DNA of 64,000 nt, taken from the NCBI GenBank assembly GCA_036785375.1, contig JAWMAR010000406.1, forward strand, positions 1,116,001-1,180,000. Reading direction: 5' to 3'. A program made the translations under genes and the position numbers. Positions 28,701 to 43,700 of this stretch are shown here, in pieces; the first letter of the stretch is position 1; every line of letters starts with the position of its first letter. Source of the stretch: Leucoraja ocellata. Its lineage: Eukaryota. The notes beneath the pieces were generated by a model. It was given only the letters and a program-made list of their open reading frames with translations. It made no database searches and was not told where the DNA came from.

Positions 28701-31700
28701 AATCTTTTAATTAGCCTTTACATGAGGGAATTACCTGGCCTTGCCCTGCGGGGGTGGTGTAAAACATTCAAAAAGATGGGTTATAAATGGGTTATAAATA
28801 CATGTTTGAGGTACCAGGGAACATGCCTTTGAATGATATACAGTGTTGAGATTAGATCTTACAAGCACTTCATTACACAACACAACAATGAAAGTGTTTT
28901 ACAAGGACCCAAACATTTATTGCATGATATTTAATGCCCAGAGATAGAAATTCACCGTGTTTGCTGCTTAGCAGCTAATGTATTTGCACTTGTTTAGTAG
29001 CCCATAAAAGCATTGTTTATCAAATATTATGTTACTCAAGTAACCAAGTTTACTTCCTGATCATATGCATCAAGGTCTTAACTGCTGCTTCCACACTCTT
29101 GCAGTGAATCAATTTCATGGTGTGAACTTAAGCTAATATTTTCTCCACCATCACGAGGCACTGATGGGCGAAGAGAGTTTCACCGTATGATTTCCAATGA
29201 GATGATAGTGCAAAGACAGGAACATTAGCAGACCAGGTTCATGTCCCTCTTATGTTAACTCCCAAATCTGGACAATCACACAGATTTCAGAGAGGAATGA
29301 TCACAAAACACTTGGGGGAATAAATCTAATTAAGGACGCATTTCTCTCCCGAATGTACACTAGAATGTGGAATTACCCATACACTGAAACGAGTGAAACT
29401 CCATTTTTATTATCTTCACAGTCTCTACTGCTATCTTCACATTGAAATAATTTAAACCAATACCACTTTTACATGTACAGTATAGGAAGGAACTGCAGAT
29501 GTTGGTTTACGTCGAAGAAAGACACAAAATACTGCAGTAACTCAGCGGGACAGGCAGCACCTCTGGCGAGAAGGAATCTGAGAAAAGACAGAGTCTGAAG
29601 AAGGGTCTTAACCCGAAACGTCCCCCATTCCTTCTCTCCAGAGATGATGCTTTCTCCTGCTCAGTTACTCCAGCATTTTGTGTCTATCCACCTTTATATG
29701 CTCATGCTTTACCTCTCTTCGAATACCCTGGTTCTGCTCGGTCTTCAGGAAATTTAGCAGGACTTCAAGAAGGGAAGGGTATTTTCTGTAAGGCTCCACC
29801 ACATAGCCAGTGCAGGCAACTTGCTGTCCTAAGGTCCACAGTGCCACCTGTCCAATTCACATAGAAATAGCAGCGATCAATCTTTGATACACAATATATG
29901 CTTTCTGCTTGCTGCAGAACCAACTGTATTGAAGTTTATTGAAAAAGAAAAGGTAGTCGGAGCAGGATGGCGAGGAGAGAGGAGGAGAAAGGGCAGAGGT
30001 GCATGGAGAGGACAGGGATGGGAGGGAAGGGATAAGCGAGTAGAATCATGGTAGAGAAAGAGGAAAGGAGGAAGAAGCACCAGTAGTAGGAGAATGGCAA
30101 AGAAAGGTAGCGGAAGGCAAAAAAATCCGATACAATAAAATATAAAAATAGTCAATATAAAAATAATATATTTACTGATTAACCTAGAAATATCGAACAT
30201 AAATTTTTATTCAGAGCTGCAGGAAAGGTAGATAAATGCTCTGAGCTACAACAATTTAAGAACAGGAGGTGAAGTAGTGTATTTAAAGCAAGCAGAAAAG
30301 ATTCCCAAACAAGCCAGTTGGGCAGATCGTGACTCTGCGCCACAGATCCAGTTTTCGGGTGTGCAATTGTTGTTATCATAACAAGAAGTAATGAAACAGA
30401 TCAGTAAGTGTTACATTCCACTATTGGCCTCTGCTGTATAAACTTGCAAATCAAATTTGCAAGAAGAACTAGGGTTTCTTTTTCTCCTGAATCTCAAGAC
30501 AAAATGATTCTGGTTTCCTATCCACATGGTTGGAAACATTCAATACCACGAGATCTGGTGTTCTGACAAATTGTGCTTCTCCCTGACAGCTTTGCTCAGT
30601 GACTAACATTGATTTGGCATTATTATGGTTAGTTAGTTCAGAGTAGGACGTGCAAAAAAAAATGTTGTGTGATGCAAGAATGTTTGTGAAAAAGAGAATG
30701 AATGAAAGCATCAACTTGCTACACAGAACATTGTTTACTACTTGTGAGTACTTAGTCTTGTTTGCAAATTGTTTTCTAATTGTGCTTTTGCCAGCTCAAG
30801 CAATTCAAATTGCTTTTCAGTGGTCAAAACGGCTGTACGGTATAATCCTCTTAGATACAGTTCTGCTGTGTAAATTATTTTCAATTGAAATCTTCCTTAT
30901 TGTATTCCTACCATTTCTAACTGCAATTAATGCACAATTACTGTACTTTATAAGTACTCCATATATAATGCACTAGTAATTGACTGTAACAGTAGTTCTA
31001 TTGTTGCTCTTTCCCTGTAGTTAATATACTCCTACTGGATTTTTACTGCCATGTTCGAGAGGCTGTTTGGAAATGGGCCTTATAATGGTCATGGTTAATC
31101 CACGCACTGCTGAGGAAACTATATCAATTATTTTGTAATCAAATGAATATTAAATGAACTATTGCCTATCAAGTATTGAGGCTTCACCAGCAACTGATTG
31201 TACTGATTTGCAAAGATGTGAAATAAACATGACTTCACCATAAGGTTTACAGCATTTGTTGTAATTGTAAAATAACGGTGTTACTACTTCATGTTGAATT
31301 AGCACGATGAGAAATTATTTCAGCACTTGATGTACTGGATACTAGATTCAAATAATAGAATTAACATGATTATTGTCAGCATAATGATGATTTTTCTCAC
31401 AACGACACACACTCATGTATTATTGAAAATGAAAATGCTTAGTTTGCAATTTTCCAAATTCTCCAGATAGTCCTTTACATTGTTACTGCAAATGTCAACT
31501 ATAACACACATTAACAAGCATGTAAATGGTTTACCTGTCTCTTTGCAAGTGATGATGAATCTTGAAGCATGTCCATTATGATAGGAAATAATTCATCCAT
31601 CCATTTTCTCATCTCCAGCCCACTCACCTGCAGGAATGAATATTATTATTAACTTAAACCTCTGAAATAAAGGCTATCAACTGGACACAGATTTGTATTA

Positions 31701-34700
31701 CTCAATATTAAAATGTTTCATTTTACAACTGGCAAGTCATCGTTCTACATTCAAGATACTTGTCTTAAAAACATAGCAAAACAGTTTTAGTTTAGTTTAA
31801 GATAGACACAGAATGCTGGAGTAACTCAATGGGTCAGGTAGCACCTCTGGAGCAAAGGAATAGTTGACATTTTGGGTTGAGACCATTCTTCAGACTGAGA
31901 CGGAGACAGAGTTTAGTTTAGTTTATTATTGTCACATGTACTGAGGTACAGTAAAAAGCTTTTTGTACTTTCACTAATTAGCAAGACATTTTACAATTAC
32001 AAGAGCATTACTTGAAAAGGTATTGGTGACTTATTTAACATTGAAGATCAAATGTAACTAAAAACCTGAAAAATCATTTCTGTTTACCAATAATAAATAG
32101 AAGTTAAATATGCAAAGCAGGATGTTAAGAATCCTGGGCCATTGTGAGAAAGTTAAAAACTACAAGATGATACTGGACCTCTGCCCCTATTGGGAATTTC
32201 TTCCCAAATCTCCTCACAGCTGAATGTTTGAGGACCAAATGCAAAGCTTCCCAAACTCCAGCAATGCTCAGAAGCTGCAAATTGAGGAAGCTCTTCCCGC
32301 AAAACATTCCTGACACCTTTGCCAGCTGGCAAAACTACAAACGCCAGCTTTGCCAGCTGCAAAGGTTCATACACTTTGGGCAGGTTCATACATTTAGAAT
32401 GACACAGAAAGAGGCCATTTATGCACCAAATCCATGTTAGCTTCCAAGCCGCTAAATACAGAGGGACTAAATAACAGGGATCAATTAACCGAACAGCAAG
32501 CTTTTATGGTACGTGGAAGGAAATCCGAGCACACGAAGGAAACCCACGTGCTCATGGAGAAGGTGAAAACTTTGCACAGACCCCAGAGGTTAGGACTTCA
32601 CCCACAACTCTGAGCTGAGAGGCAGCAGCACTCTCTACACTGCCACGACATTGGCCTTGTACACTAGTGCTGCTCAATAATAAAAAAAATTTTTGAAACA
32701 GCTGTCATCTCCCCTCTAATTTGAAGGACAACACGGTGGCACAGCAGTAGAGTTGCCGCCTTACAGCACCAAAGATGTGGGTTCGATCCAGCCTACAGGT
32801 GCTGTCTGTACGTAGTTACACGCTCCCCCCGTGCGTTTTCTCTGAGATCTTCGGTTTCCTCCAACACTCCAAAGACATCCACATTTGTAGGTTAATTGGC
32901 TTGGTATAAATGTAAATTGTCCATTGTTTGTGTAGGATAGTGTTAATGTGCAGGGATCACTGGTCGGTGCGGACTTGGTGTTCCTTCTATCAATTATGCT
33001 AAATCTACGCACTTTGGTTTTTACCCGTCTGGTTCGAGAAATAGGTCAGTCTACACCTCTGATAATTTTTTTTTGCCTTCCATCACAGCGAGGAGGAGAT
33101 GCGCTGTGATGGATGTCTGTGTAAATTGTGTTGTGTCTTGGGTCTTTATTTTCATGTGTGTATGACTGCAGAAATAACATTTCATTTGAGCCTCTATGAG
33201 GTTCAAGTGACAAATAAATTGTATTGTGTATTATTGTATTTAAAACATCTCAATTAAGTCTCCCCCCACGCTCCTCTGTCCCAAAGAGGGCAACTCAAAG
33301 TTTATCATATCTCTTTCCAAATCCCTCGGAGGGGAGATGAGGAAAAGATATTCTGGCCAAAGGGTGGCAGAGATCTGGAATTCATCCTAAAAGTATGGCT
33401 GCAGCAGAAAACTGGATCACTTTTAGAAAATACTTAAGATGTTTACTTGAAGAACCATGATCTACTGTGAACCTGATGCTGGAAAATGGCAATTACAGTA
33501 GGTTGGGTATCTCACTGTCGCTAGATAGAGACACACTGATGAAACACTGTGTGTGTCTGTGTCATGTTTTCTTTGAGTCTATCCTCCTGCAGTCTAATGC
33601 TTTGCTACTCGACTGTGTATCCAGTATTTCTAGCTGCAATTTTAATTTTATCTACCTACTACATTTGTCTAAATCAATATACAAAAAGCAAGGTATTGCC
33701 TTTCATTCATAAAAACATCCATCACCCTTTTACTTTCTGTCACTGAGCCAACTTTGAATACAAGCTGCTATTTAACATTAAACTGAAATTAAATAATTAA
33801 AACAGAAACTTCCCCTTTGCCTCGGAACTTGCTGCCAAATAACCCCCACTAAAATCAATGTGGTTTCAGATCTCATGCCAAGTTAGAATGAGCAGAGGAT
33901 CCCACATAAAATGAAGCATAAATGCTAGGAATTTACCCAAGATTCAGGTCCACTGCTGAACTCTTAGTCTGGATGAGAAGGCCTGGATGGCTAACTGGTC
34001 AGAAAAATAAAACTCCATGAAACCCATGGCCACCGCAGACATCATGAAACAACTTCTCATAGTCATAGACTCATGAGCACAGAAAAGGGCAATCGGTCCA
34101 TCACATCCATGCCAAACCTTTTGCCAATCTACACTAATCCTATTTGCCTATTTTAGGACCATATTCTTCTATAGCGTGCCTATTTAAGTCACGGTCTAAA
34201 TGCCTCGGGCAGTGCATTCCAGATATCAGGCACTCCATGTAGGGGGAAAAAAACTAACCCCTCAGGTTCCTTAAAATCTTACTTCCTCGTGTTAAACCTA
34301 TGCCCCTTGTTTTTGATCCTAGAGAAAATAATTTGGCAAAGGCCTTATTAACAATAATCCGTACAGCCAATATTTATCATCTCACCTTCCTTACTACCTT
34401 TATATTTGCTCAAAAAACTCAAATCTAATTAATGAGACAGGATATCCCCCACACAAAGCCATGCTGACCATCCCCACTCAGCCCGTCTTTCCAGGCCTAG
34501 ATAAATCTTGTCCCTTCTAACTTTCTCCAACAATTTCCATACTGTTGACTGAAGGCTAATGGGCCTGTGGTTACATGGATTATCATTGTTCTCCTTAAAT
34601 TAAGGTATGTCATAAACGTGTATGGTTCACTTTAGTATAGTGAACTTCATTCCAATACTATTTTGTTGCACATTTTATAATTTATTGGTGGTCCATAAAT

Positions 34701-37700
34701 GCAATAAACCATATTACAGAGAAGTTATCACAATGGCTTTACCTGGGCTAGTTCACCAATTGTAGCCAGGACACTAATGATAACTCCAGGGTTGGGGTCA
34801 TGATCCTTCAGTTTTAAAATCAAAGCCTGAATGGAAACATAAACATGTCTTGAGAGTAAATATGCAGCATTTTAACGCACAAACTAATACTGTAGTGTTA
34901 GCATGAATGACAATTTCATAATTATACACAAACAACCACTGTAAGACATTACATATGTTCCTGCGCACCTTGAGAATAGGCTCCATATAAGGCCGGATAA
35001 GGCGAGGGGCATTGGAAACCAGGTGGCCTAACATTCGGGCACTTTGTTCTTTGTTTCGACCCACTCCACTATGTTCCAGTTCAGTTAAAATCTGTGAATA
35101 AAAAAAAAAATCAAAAACAAAGTTAGCTTACCTTTAATTTTGATGACATTTTATATAGGGCATCATCACATTTTCATTTTGGAAAGCTTCTGAGAACTTT
35201 AGATTTAAAAAAACTGAAAAGAAATCTACAGTTGCTATATAACAAGAGTTGCTATAAATGAGCAGCTCCAACAATCCCGGGAAGGGTCTCCCACTGTTCC
35301 ACAACACAAGATAAATTATAGTTGGGTGAATAAAAACTTTTCATTCTCAATTAAGAAAGACCTAAACTCTAAGACCAATACTTCTGTTAACCTTTGAGTC
35401 TCAAGGATAATAGGACAAGTAAAATCATTTTTTCCACACAAGGTATGGACAGTTTGTAACTGTCCATAAATGACATTGATCATAAATGGACAAGAAACTG
35501 TCCATGAATTATTCCTTGTGAGATAGGATACAGGGAATAACAGTTTTGATTATAATGGATACCAGGCCACTGTATTTTCTCAGTGTTACTTTATATTAAA
35601 ATACTACATATTAATGATGTCTTGATATTGCAAATCTGCAAAAGGGGCCTTCCTCTTAAATCTGAATCTGCACAATTCATTTGTAAAACAGTAACTATAT
35701 GTCATGGTTACTAAATATATAGCTGAAAGTATTAAATATCTTGTTACAGGCATATAAAAGATGAACGCACATTATGACATCCTTAAGTAAATTACCAAAT
35801 ATTGTTAGCCTTTCAGACTTGATTCTACAAACAGCTTTAACTTCATGTAGAATGTCAAAGGCAATATGAACATTTTCTGGATATCTCTTCAATCTGTACA
35901 TTATCAAGAGCATCAATTGGGTAAAATTAAAATATTATTGAACGGTAAAAATAGGCACTGCGTGAGAAGGTCATAATATTGTTCCATGGAAAAAGTGGTG
36001 GGTCCTCATCCTTTCTCTTTGGATGACAGATTAAACAGCTGCCATACAGCTGTCAATGTTTCCCCCTGCATGCTAACAACTTTTCATAAATGCAGAAGCA
36101 CAAAAGATGCTGCATTCAATACAGTTGTGAGGGCCTGATACAGATGTGCTCCAATTCCTCTTGGACTGCAGCAGGGAAAGGTGAAGCCCCAGTACCTTCC
36201 CATGTTGATGCAGGGCCCATGTACCCTTCCTGGCATGGACAGTGAGAAAACAACCCAGTCAATCGCCATCAGTTTAGAATGCACAAGAGAGGCTACAAGG
36301 GAAAAACATGGGTTTCTCTTCATATCTTTTTAGATTGGTCTGATATGTTTAAACAGTACTCTGTTTTGTTTTAAATAAAGTAAAACTCTGATATTCCATT
36401 CTCTCACTGTTCTGAAATTTAGCATCTAGCTCATTCAGGAAAACAATCCAAAACATAGAGATCTGCAGATGCTAGACAGCAGCAAAAAGTGATGGTAGCA
36501 GTGAGTAGGTCAGGCACCATATCTGAAAAGTGAAACAGAGCTAACATTTCATGTTGAAAACCCATTCACCTTCCCAGTTCCGGTGTAGATTATTGACCAG
36601 AAAATATTTTTCTCCCCATTGATGCTGCCCGCCCTGTTGAGTGTTTCCAGTATTTTCTGTTGTTATTCTCTTAAAGTTATTTTCTTAAAAATATGTTCCT
36701 GCGTGCAAGGTTATTGCAGTAGATTGTTGATGTTATCATAGCATGCACAACTATTTCTGCTTCATATTATTGTGTCATGGTGCATTTCCAAATTGGTCGA
36801 TTATACTTTTTAGTTACTAACCCCAGGCCTCTCTTTCTGGTTGCCCCATCTGTTGTTTAACTATTTAAATAGTGCTTCATCGATGTAATTTAATTTAACT
36901 CAGAACAGCAAATCTATATTCCATAAGGATTGTTAAGTGCTATTCTTTAAAAAAAAAAAAATTCATTTCCAATACATCCAGTTGCTCTTAGGCATCTAGA
37001 TTTTACTACTCAAAACGTGTGATGAAAAGTCTGTAGGGCAAGATTTCAAGCATTTAACTGCAGAATGATATTGGTGGAAAATGAGAAAACAAAGCAGCAC
37101 GGTGGCGCAGTGACCCCGGATCGATCCTGACTACATGTGCTGTACGGAGTTTGTATGTTCTCCACGTGACCATGTGGTTTTCTCCGGGTTTCTCCCACAT
37201 TCCAGAGATGTACAGGTTTGTAGGGTTAACTGGCTTCAGTAAAACATATTGTAAAATTGTCCCTGGTGTGTAGGATAGTGAAGTGCTGCTAGTATATGGG
37301 GTGATCGATAGTCGGCATGAAATCGGTAGACCGAATTCCATGCTGTATCTCTAAACTAAACTAAAACCAATACCAGTATAAAACAAGCACAAAACTGTCA
37401 AAAGTTTTTGACATCTGTTCTGAATTTCCACTGAAAGGGTCACCAGACAATTTAGCAAATGATTTCATTTCCTCCTGGGGCAAGACTAAGAGAGACCTTG
37501 ACTGTGTAACTATTCAGCTTGCAACAGTGTCTTACAGTTGTATTTCAATTTATTATAAGATTTCCAGTCTCCAAGCTGGAGACTTTAAAGGAAATGGCAT
37601 GTTCCAACTTATTTCCTTTCACAGACTAAATACCTCCACTTTGCTTTTTGCTCTCTGCTGTATCACCTCCTGCATTTGACAAGGAGGCCCCAATATTTAG

Positions 37701-40700
37701 AGGGTGCACAAGAGGGAGAAGCCATCCATTGCTGAGACGGAATTCTACAGTAGGAAGTAATTGCAATTTTTTTTCTTTCCGTTTCCCACCGAATTACCAG
37801 CTAAACTGACTGGCTGGAGATTGTACCCAGGGATCCTTAGGGTCCATGCACAGCAGAGATTAAAGGGCTGACGAGTCTGCTTGTGATGGGGAAGATGGGT
37901 GTATCCATTTCCATTGTGGGAGAAGAGAGGCCACGAATAATACATTGCTTCCTTTTGAGAGACCGAGGGGACAGATCAAGCTGGGTTCGGCATTCCAGAG
38001 ATGAGGAAAAACTCGCAGCCAAAGGTCTAGGCACAGATAAAAATGCATGAAGAGTTTAGCATCATATTGGCTTGAATTTCATTAAGAGGGGGTTTATGGG
38101 AATGAAGCAAGGCTTCTGCTGAGAGTTAGTCATACAGTGTGGAAACAACCCCTTCGACCCAACTTGCCCATGCCGACCAACATACCAATCTGTATTAGTC
38201 CCACATCCCTCTAAATCTATTCTATACATGCACCGGTCTAAATGCTGCTACAATAGTACCTGCCTCAACAACCTTCACCAGCAGCTCGTTCCTCAGTCAT
38301 TCAGGATTATAGAGGGAAATGAGAAGGGATTATGACAAAGTGGCGAGGGATCAAACCAAGGGTGGAAAGTAGCCAGAGGATAGTAAAATGATAGTAAATA
38401 AAGGTATAATAAATTAAGAGCTGTTGATGTTTGCAATCTTTTATTCCATTTCCATTTCTTCCCCTTTAATGCTGACAATGAACATCCACCACAGAACGCA
38501 AATTGGGCAGCTGCTTTACAGCACACATTTACTCAGTCAAGGCAAGGGTGCCTCGAGTTCTCACTGTGATTTCACCATTCCAGTGCCAGACTGCTAGTCG
38601 TTCCTTTCAGTTTCAGATTGGTACTTGCCCTTTTCTATTACTACAAAATATATTGATGCCATGATCACCATTATGTTTTTTCACCTACACTTTGTTAACT
38701 TTAAGATATTTGGATAGGTACATGGATACGTTTCGAGAGTAATGAGCCAAACGCAAGCAGGTGAGACTGGTGTAGATCGGGCATCTTGGTTCGCGTGGGC
38801 AAGTTGAGCCGAAGGGTCCGTTTCCACGCTGTGTGACTACCTCACTCCCCAGAATCAGTTCCAGAATCAGTTTGTCTCTTTTCTCATTGGGACAGAAACA
38901 CTGAGGTACAACATCTTACTTTTTTCCAACTAGACTAATCAACCACAACTGCAATGCTTAGTATTATCGCAATATCTACAAAGGGACAACTTTCGCATTC
39001 AGAGTTGCCTTGGTGTGAATGATTAAAATCACAAGTATAATTCAAATACTTCCCAAGGTTCCTACCTGATGAATTAACAAACTGTCTACCCATTTAGAGC
39101 CTGACTCCCCAACCTTGTGTCATGTCATCTGGATGGAAAATAATACTGTTATTAATCCCTCACAAGGATGAATAAATAATTCCTACAATATTGAAAATTC
39201 ATCTTGAAATTGCCTACTAATAATGTACAAACTGTTCCTTCGTACTAATGCTAATAATTAGTTTTGACATGTTCTTTGTACTTGGCAGACTTCTAGTAAG
39301 ACTGATCATTTCTGCTTTTCTCCCAGCACACCAAATTCCACGTCCCAAAATTCCCACGAGGATATCACTGAGCAGAATCAGGACTGGGTTGCTTTCACTG
39401 GATTTTTCTCAAAACAAACACAAAAGCCACTCACACACTCCACCTACTGGCAGAACAGATAAGTTCATGAGAAGACAATAAAATAAGCAGTAAATAATGC
39501 GTATCTTTGCTAAATGTAGTTCCCTCATCCCACAAACATGGCAAATGCATACACAAAGGAAGGTTAATACGAGACGTCGTAGGCAAGATAAAATACAAAC
39601 AAAATGTGCTTTTATGTCATCGGAGGTAGACAAAAAATGCTGGAGAAACTCAGCGGGTGAGGCAGCATCAATGGAGAGAAGGAATTGGCGACTCTTCGAA
39701 AGGTCTCGACCCGAAACGTAGCCAATTCCTTCTCTCCATAGATGCTGCCTCACCCGCTGAATTTCTCCAGCTTTTTTTGTCTACCTTTGATTTTTCCAGC
39801 ATCTGCAGTTCTTTCTTAAACATTTTATGTCATCTATTTTTTTTTTGCAGGACAGAGCAAGGATATCAATGTTGACTGTAAATGCGCTATTTTTTGGGTT
39901 TGCTTGTTTAGGATAATCCATACATACTAGTAAATAATAATATTTTTTAAACTCTACCTGTATCAACATTTTGCGAAGAAAAGGCATCACAAATGCAGGA
40001 TTCATACTGCTCAATCTGCCAATGGTGCAGATGGCAAGCTCACGGATTTCAAACACTTCATCATTCAGTGCCACAAAAAGAGCTTGCAGATTCTCAGCCT
40101 GGGCTAAATGGGCATCAAAACGTTCATCCAAAGACGCCAGCACACAATAGCGAATATCAGGATCTGAATAAACAGGACAAGCAAAATTCTTCATAAATTA
40201 AAAAACATCAGAATTTAGAACCACCAGTTTGCATTCTACTATTTGCTATTTATGTATTACAAAACAGAATCAATTTACTTTTTAATAACAGAATATCCCA
40301 ATAGGCAGAATAATGGAAGATAGGTTTCTACAGTTAAATTATTATTACTTAATGACATTATTACTTAACGACTTGTTGAACTTTGAGAAAACATCCTCAT
40401 GCAGTTTTACTTTATTTTACAATAGATAAAGAAGTTATAAAAGTAGGTAAACACCGATAAATCTGCAACCCTATTTTAGTTTGAACTGTGACAAAAAACT
40501 TTGCAGTGGGTTCAAAGGTGTCTACAGATAAGCTTAGGTAGTAGGTTTTATCAAACAGAGTGAACTGGGATTCCAAGAAGATTAGTGCAGACATTTTAAA
40601 GATACAATTCTAAAATGAGCATAGATGTAGTTTTTAGTTAACGCCTATTTAATACAAATGCTTATTTTACCAATTATGCTTTATTAGTTTACCCAAAGCA

Positions 40701-43700
40701 CATGATCCATTTTATCAATTACCCATAGCAATTGCAATCATGTTGCCAACCCGAATAGTCCTAAGCTTTTGACAATTTATGCCTTAAAAAAAACCCACAA
40801 GGACTGTGATTAAATTTCACAAGCTGAAGTGCTTTCATCATTTTTTCACTCAGTAAACCACATAGTCTTACCCCATCTAAGTCAAATTCTGAACAATTAC
40901 CTGGATCTGTAATTCCTACAATGAGGAGTTTACTAAGCACATCTGCCACAACCTGAACGGCTGTCTGGCTGACAACATGGCCATGTCCACTGATAAGATG
41001 GACTGATGGAGTTAGGAGTCGTGAACAAGTTCTGGCTGCCTCCATTCGAATCTCTTTGTGCTCACTGTTGAGGAAGTGGTCTGCACAGTGTCTGACGAAC
41101 TGGGTAAGAGAATGGCCTGCATTAACATGAAACACAAATGTCCACATTTAGGAACACAAGGTATGTTAAAAATGTAATAACATTTGGAATTTTTAGCCTG
41201 TGTGTGTATACTATATATATATATATACACACACACACATATGTATATTTTAAAATTATGTAGTCCATGTTATTTTCTAGCTTAACTTTCTAGAATTTTC
41301 TCATGCAGTTTAGACTTGTTAATCATATTATATTTTAGAACTGATATAAAAAAAAAGTTCTGGAAAACAATAAATGTCGACAAGTCCACAAAACTGTTTA
41401 AATTGAACTATGACTCCTGCTTTAATCTGGATCCATGACATAATTACAGGATTAGTGGCCACACCCATTTTAATGAGGTTTCTCCATTGGATAATGAAGT
41501 TTTTTTTAAATAAAAATGCTATTGATTTGCAAGCATTTGAATGTATTTTGAATAACTTTATTCTTTTAGCCGTTATACTTTTAACTATGTAGATTAGTCT
41601 TAATAGCTTTCAGATGCCTCAAAGTATTAAACTCATTAAAAAAAAAGCCGTCTAGCTTTCACAGAAACTGAAGATTGACCCCAGCTTTCCTTCCCTTCAA
41701 AAGCTGTCATGGCAGTCCCAGGGATGGGCCTCATCAGAACGCCATCTGAAGCATAACTGAACTTCACCTAGATACGCATGCACGTTCACTAGATTGGTTC
41801 TCTGCACAGAGTTCATCCAAAGCCATTCAGTTTGGCAGATTTAGCACAATCCAGCCGTTAAATATTTACAGCAATAAAGGAGGCAATTTGATCATCCATG
41901 CAAACTAAAAAAGGAACTACCTGGGTCAATCTCCCTGCTCTTGAAACATAGCTAGGCCTCATCCAGAAATCTTTCAAATGTGGCATGTGTTAAGCGTCCT
42001 TTCCAGAAGGGTCTCGACACTAAATGTTTTTGTTGTAAACCAGTATCTGAAGTTCCTTCCTACACATATGTTTGAAATTAGTTTTGTCTAACCTTTTCTT
42101 GATGTTGTGCAAGGTCATCGACCTGAAATATTACTAATTTTCTCTCTCCACCTGCTGAATATTTTCAGTTTTATTCATTGAAAATGACCAGCTAAACCAA
42201 GGGCCACATAAGCCATGCCTTACCCTCAAATTCAAAGTTGCCTAAGGTACGAAGTGCAAGGGTTATGCATCCAACATCGCTTGCCTCAGGGATATTCATC
42301 AAGCTGGGGGAAGCAAGCTGTTGGGCTAAACTTTTGGGCATGCCTGGATGTCGAAGGGGTTTATGCATCAGCACCAGTGACAACATCTTCAGTAAGCCAT
42401 CTTGAATATCCTTCTTCAGTTGTGGTATTTGTCGACTCAGATCATGCAGTACAGCTGTCAAAGCAGGGCTGCAAAGCAGAAACAATTAAATTACTGGAAT
42501 GGGCTTGAACACTGCAAGTGAATAAACAGATGCTGCCAAAGGGCAAATAAAGACAGGAAATGCTGAATGATTTGATGGAGAGTCATCAATCTTAAATGGC
42601 TAATTCCATAGATACCGTCTGGTCTGCTGAGTATTTCCAGCATTTGCTGTTTTTATTTCAGACATCTCAACACATGCAGGTTTTTGATTTTCAATTCCAA
42701 TGGTCAACAGAGTTGCCGGAAGCTATTTTATAAATTACTACCTATCAAGTAATAGGCACAAAATGCTGGACTAACTCAGCGAGACAGGCAGCATCTCTGG
42801 AACTCCACAGCCCAAAGTCCACAAATATATAATTTGTATTTGTGATGAAAGTAACTTCACATAATGTAAATATGTCCTTACTGGATGATAATATATATAT
42901 ATTGTTGCTGCAATTATTTGTAATAACACAACTTGATAATTAAAAATAACTTGAAAATGCCAAACTTGGATCAATTCAAATTCAAATTATCCAAGTAAAT
43001 AAACAGTTACTGTATAAATGATTCAGTACCTGAGTCCAACAGCAAGCATCTGCTCCAGTAGTTCCTTAATATCTTGCTGGATAACTGGTCCTATGGCTCT
43101 AGCTATCATACAGATACAAGTAAAAACAGTCGCGTCCACTTGAATAGCTTTTTGCCTCCTACGAAAAATGAGCACAAATTAAACTAGAAATGTGTTATTT
43201 AAAATTGTTTTTTTAACCATATTCTTTTAAGCTAACACAGATGGAAATAACTAAATACATGACCATAGATATAAAGTAGGCTATACATGGCCAAATCCTC
43301 AGCTCCAGGTTTCCACAATCTCTAAACGTCTATTTAGGTGTCAAAGGATCTTGACATTTTTCATTTACTCTTTGAGTTTCCAATATATTAAATATCAAAA
43401 AGGAAGTTCTCTAGAAAAGTGTTGCTATTGATTAATGCATTGTTAGAGACAAGAGAAAAAGACTCAAGGATGTGCTCAAAGCCTCATGAAGAAGTGCAAC
43501 ATCTCCATTGATCCTTCTAGCCCATATCTGCTCATAGTCACGAAAGAAACACAAGCCAGTTCACAAACCACCCAACACCTTCCCCAAACTGTTTGCCCTA
43601 TTTGCGGGAGCGTCTGCAGTTTTCACAGTGAACTCATTGGCCAACCTCGGTGTAAACCAGAGTGGAGGCAAGTCATTCTCAATCTCAAGGGGCTGCCTAA

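Noticed and set aside
29940-30120. Pyrimidine-rich tract (mtor strand) upstream of the weak exon 17 acceptor as a distant branch-point signal
   Set aside because: AG dinucleotides occur within about 35 nt of the acceptor, so there is no AG-exclusion zone; more likely decayed simple repeat.
30469-30976. ORFs in intron 16 as a possible nested gene
   Set aside because: No recognisable homology or consistent exon structure. ANGPTL7, nested in mammalian MTOR, lies in a later intron outside this window.
32730-32800. tRNA-like sequence with A/B boxes
   Set aside because: Head of a V-SINE continuing into the SINE body; no complete cloverleaf.
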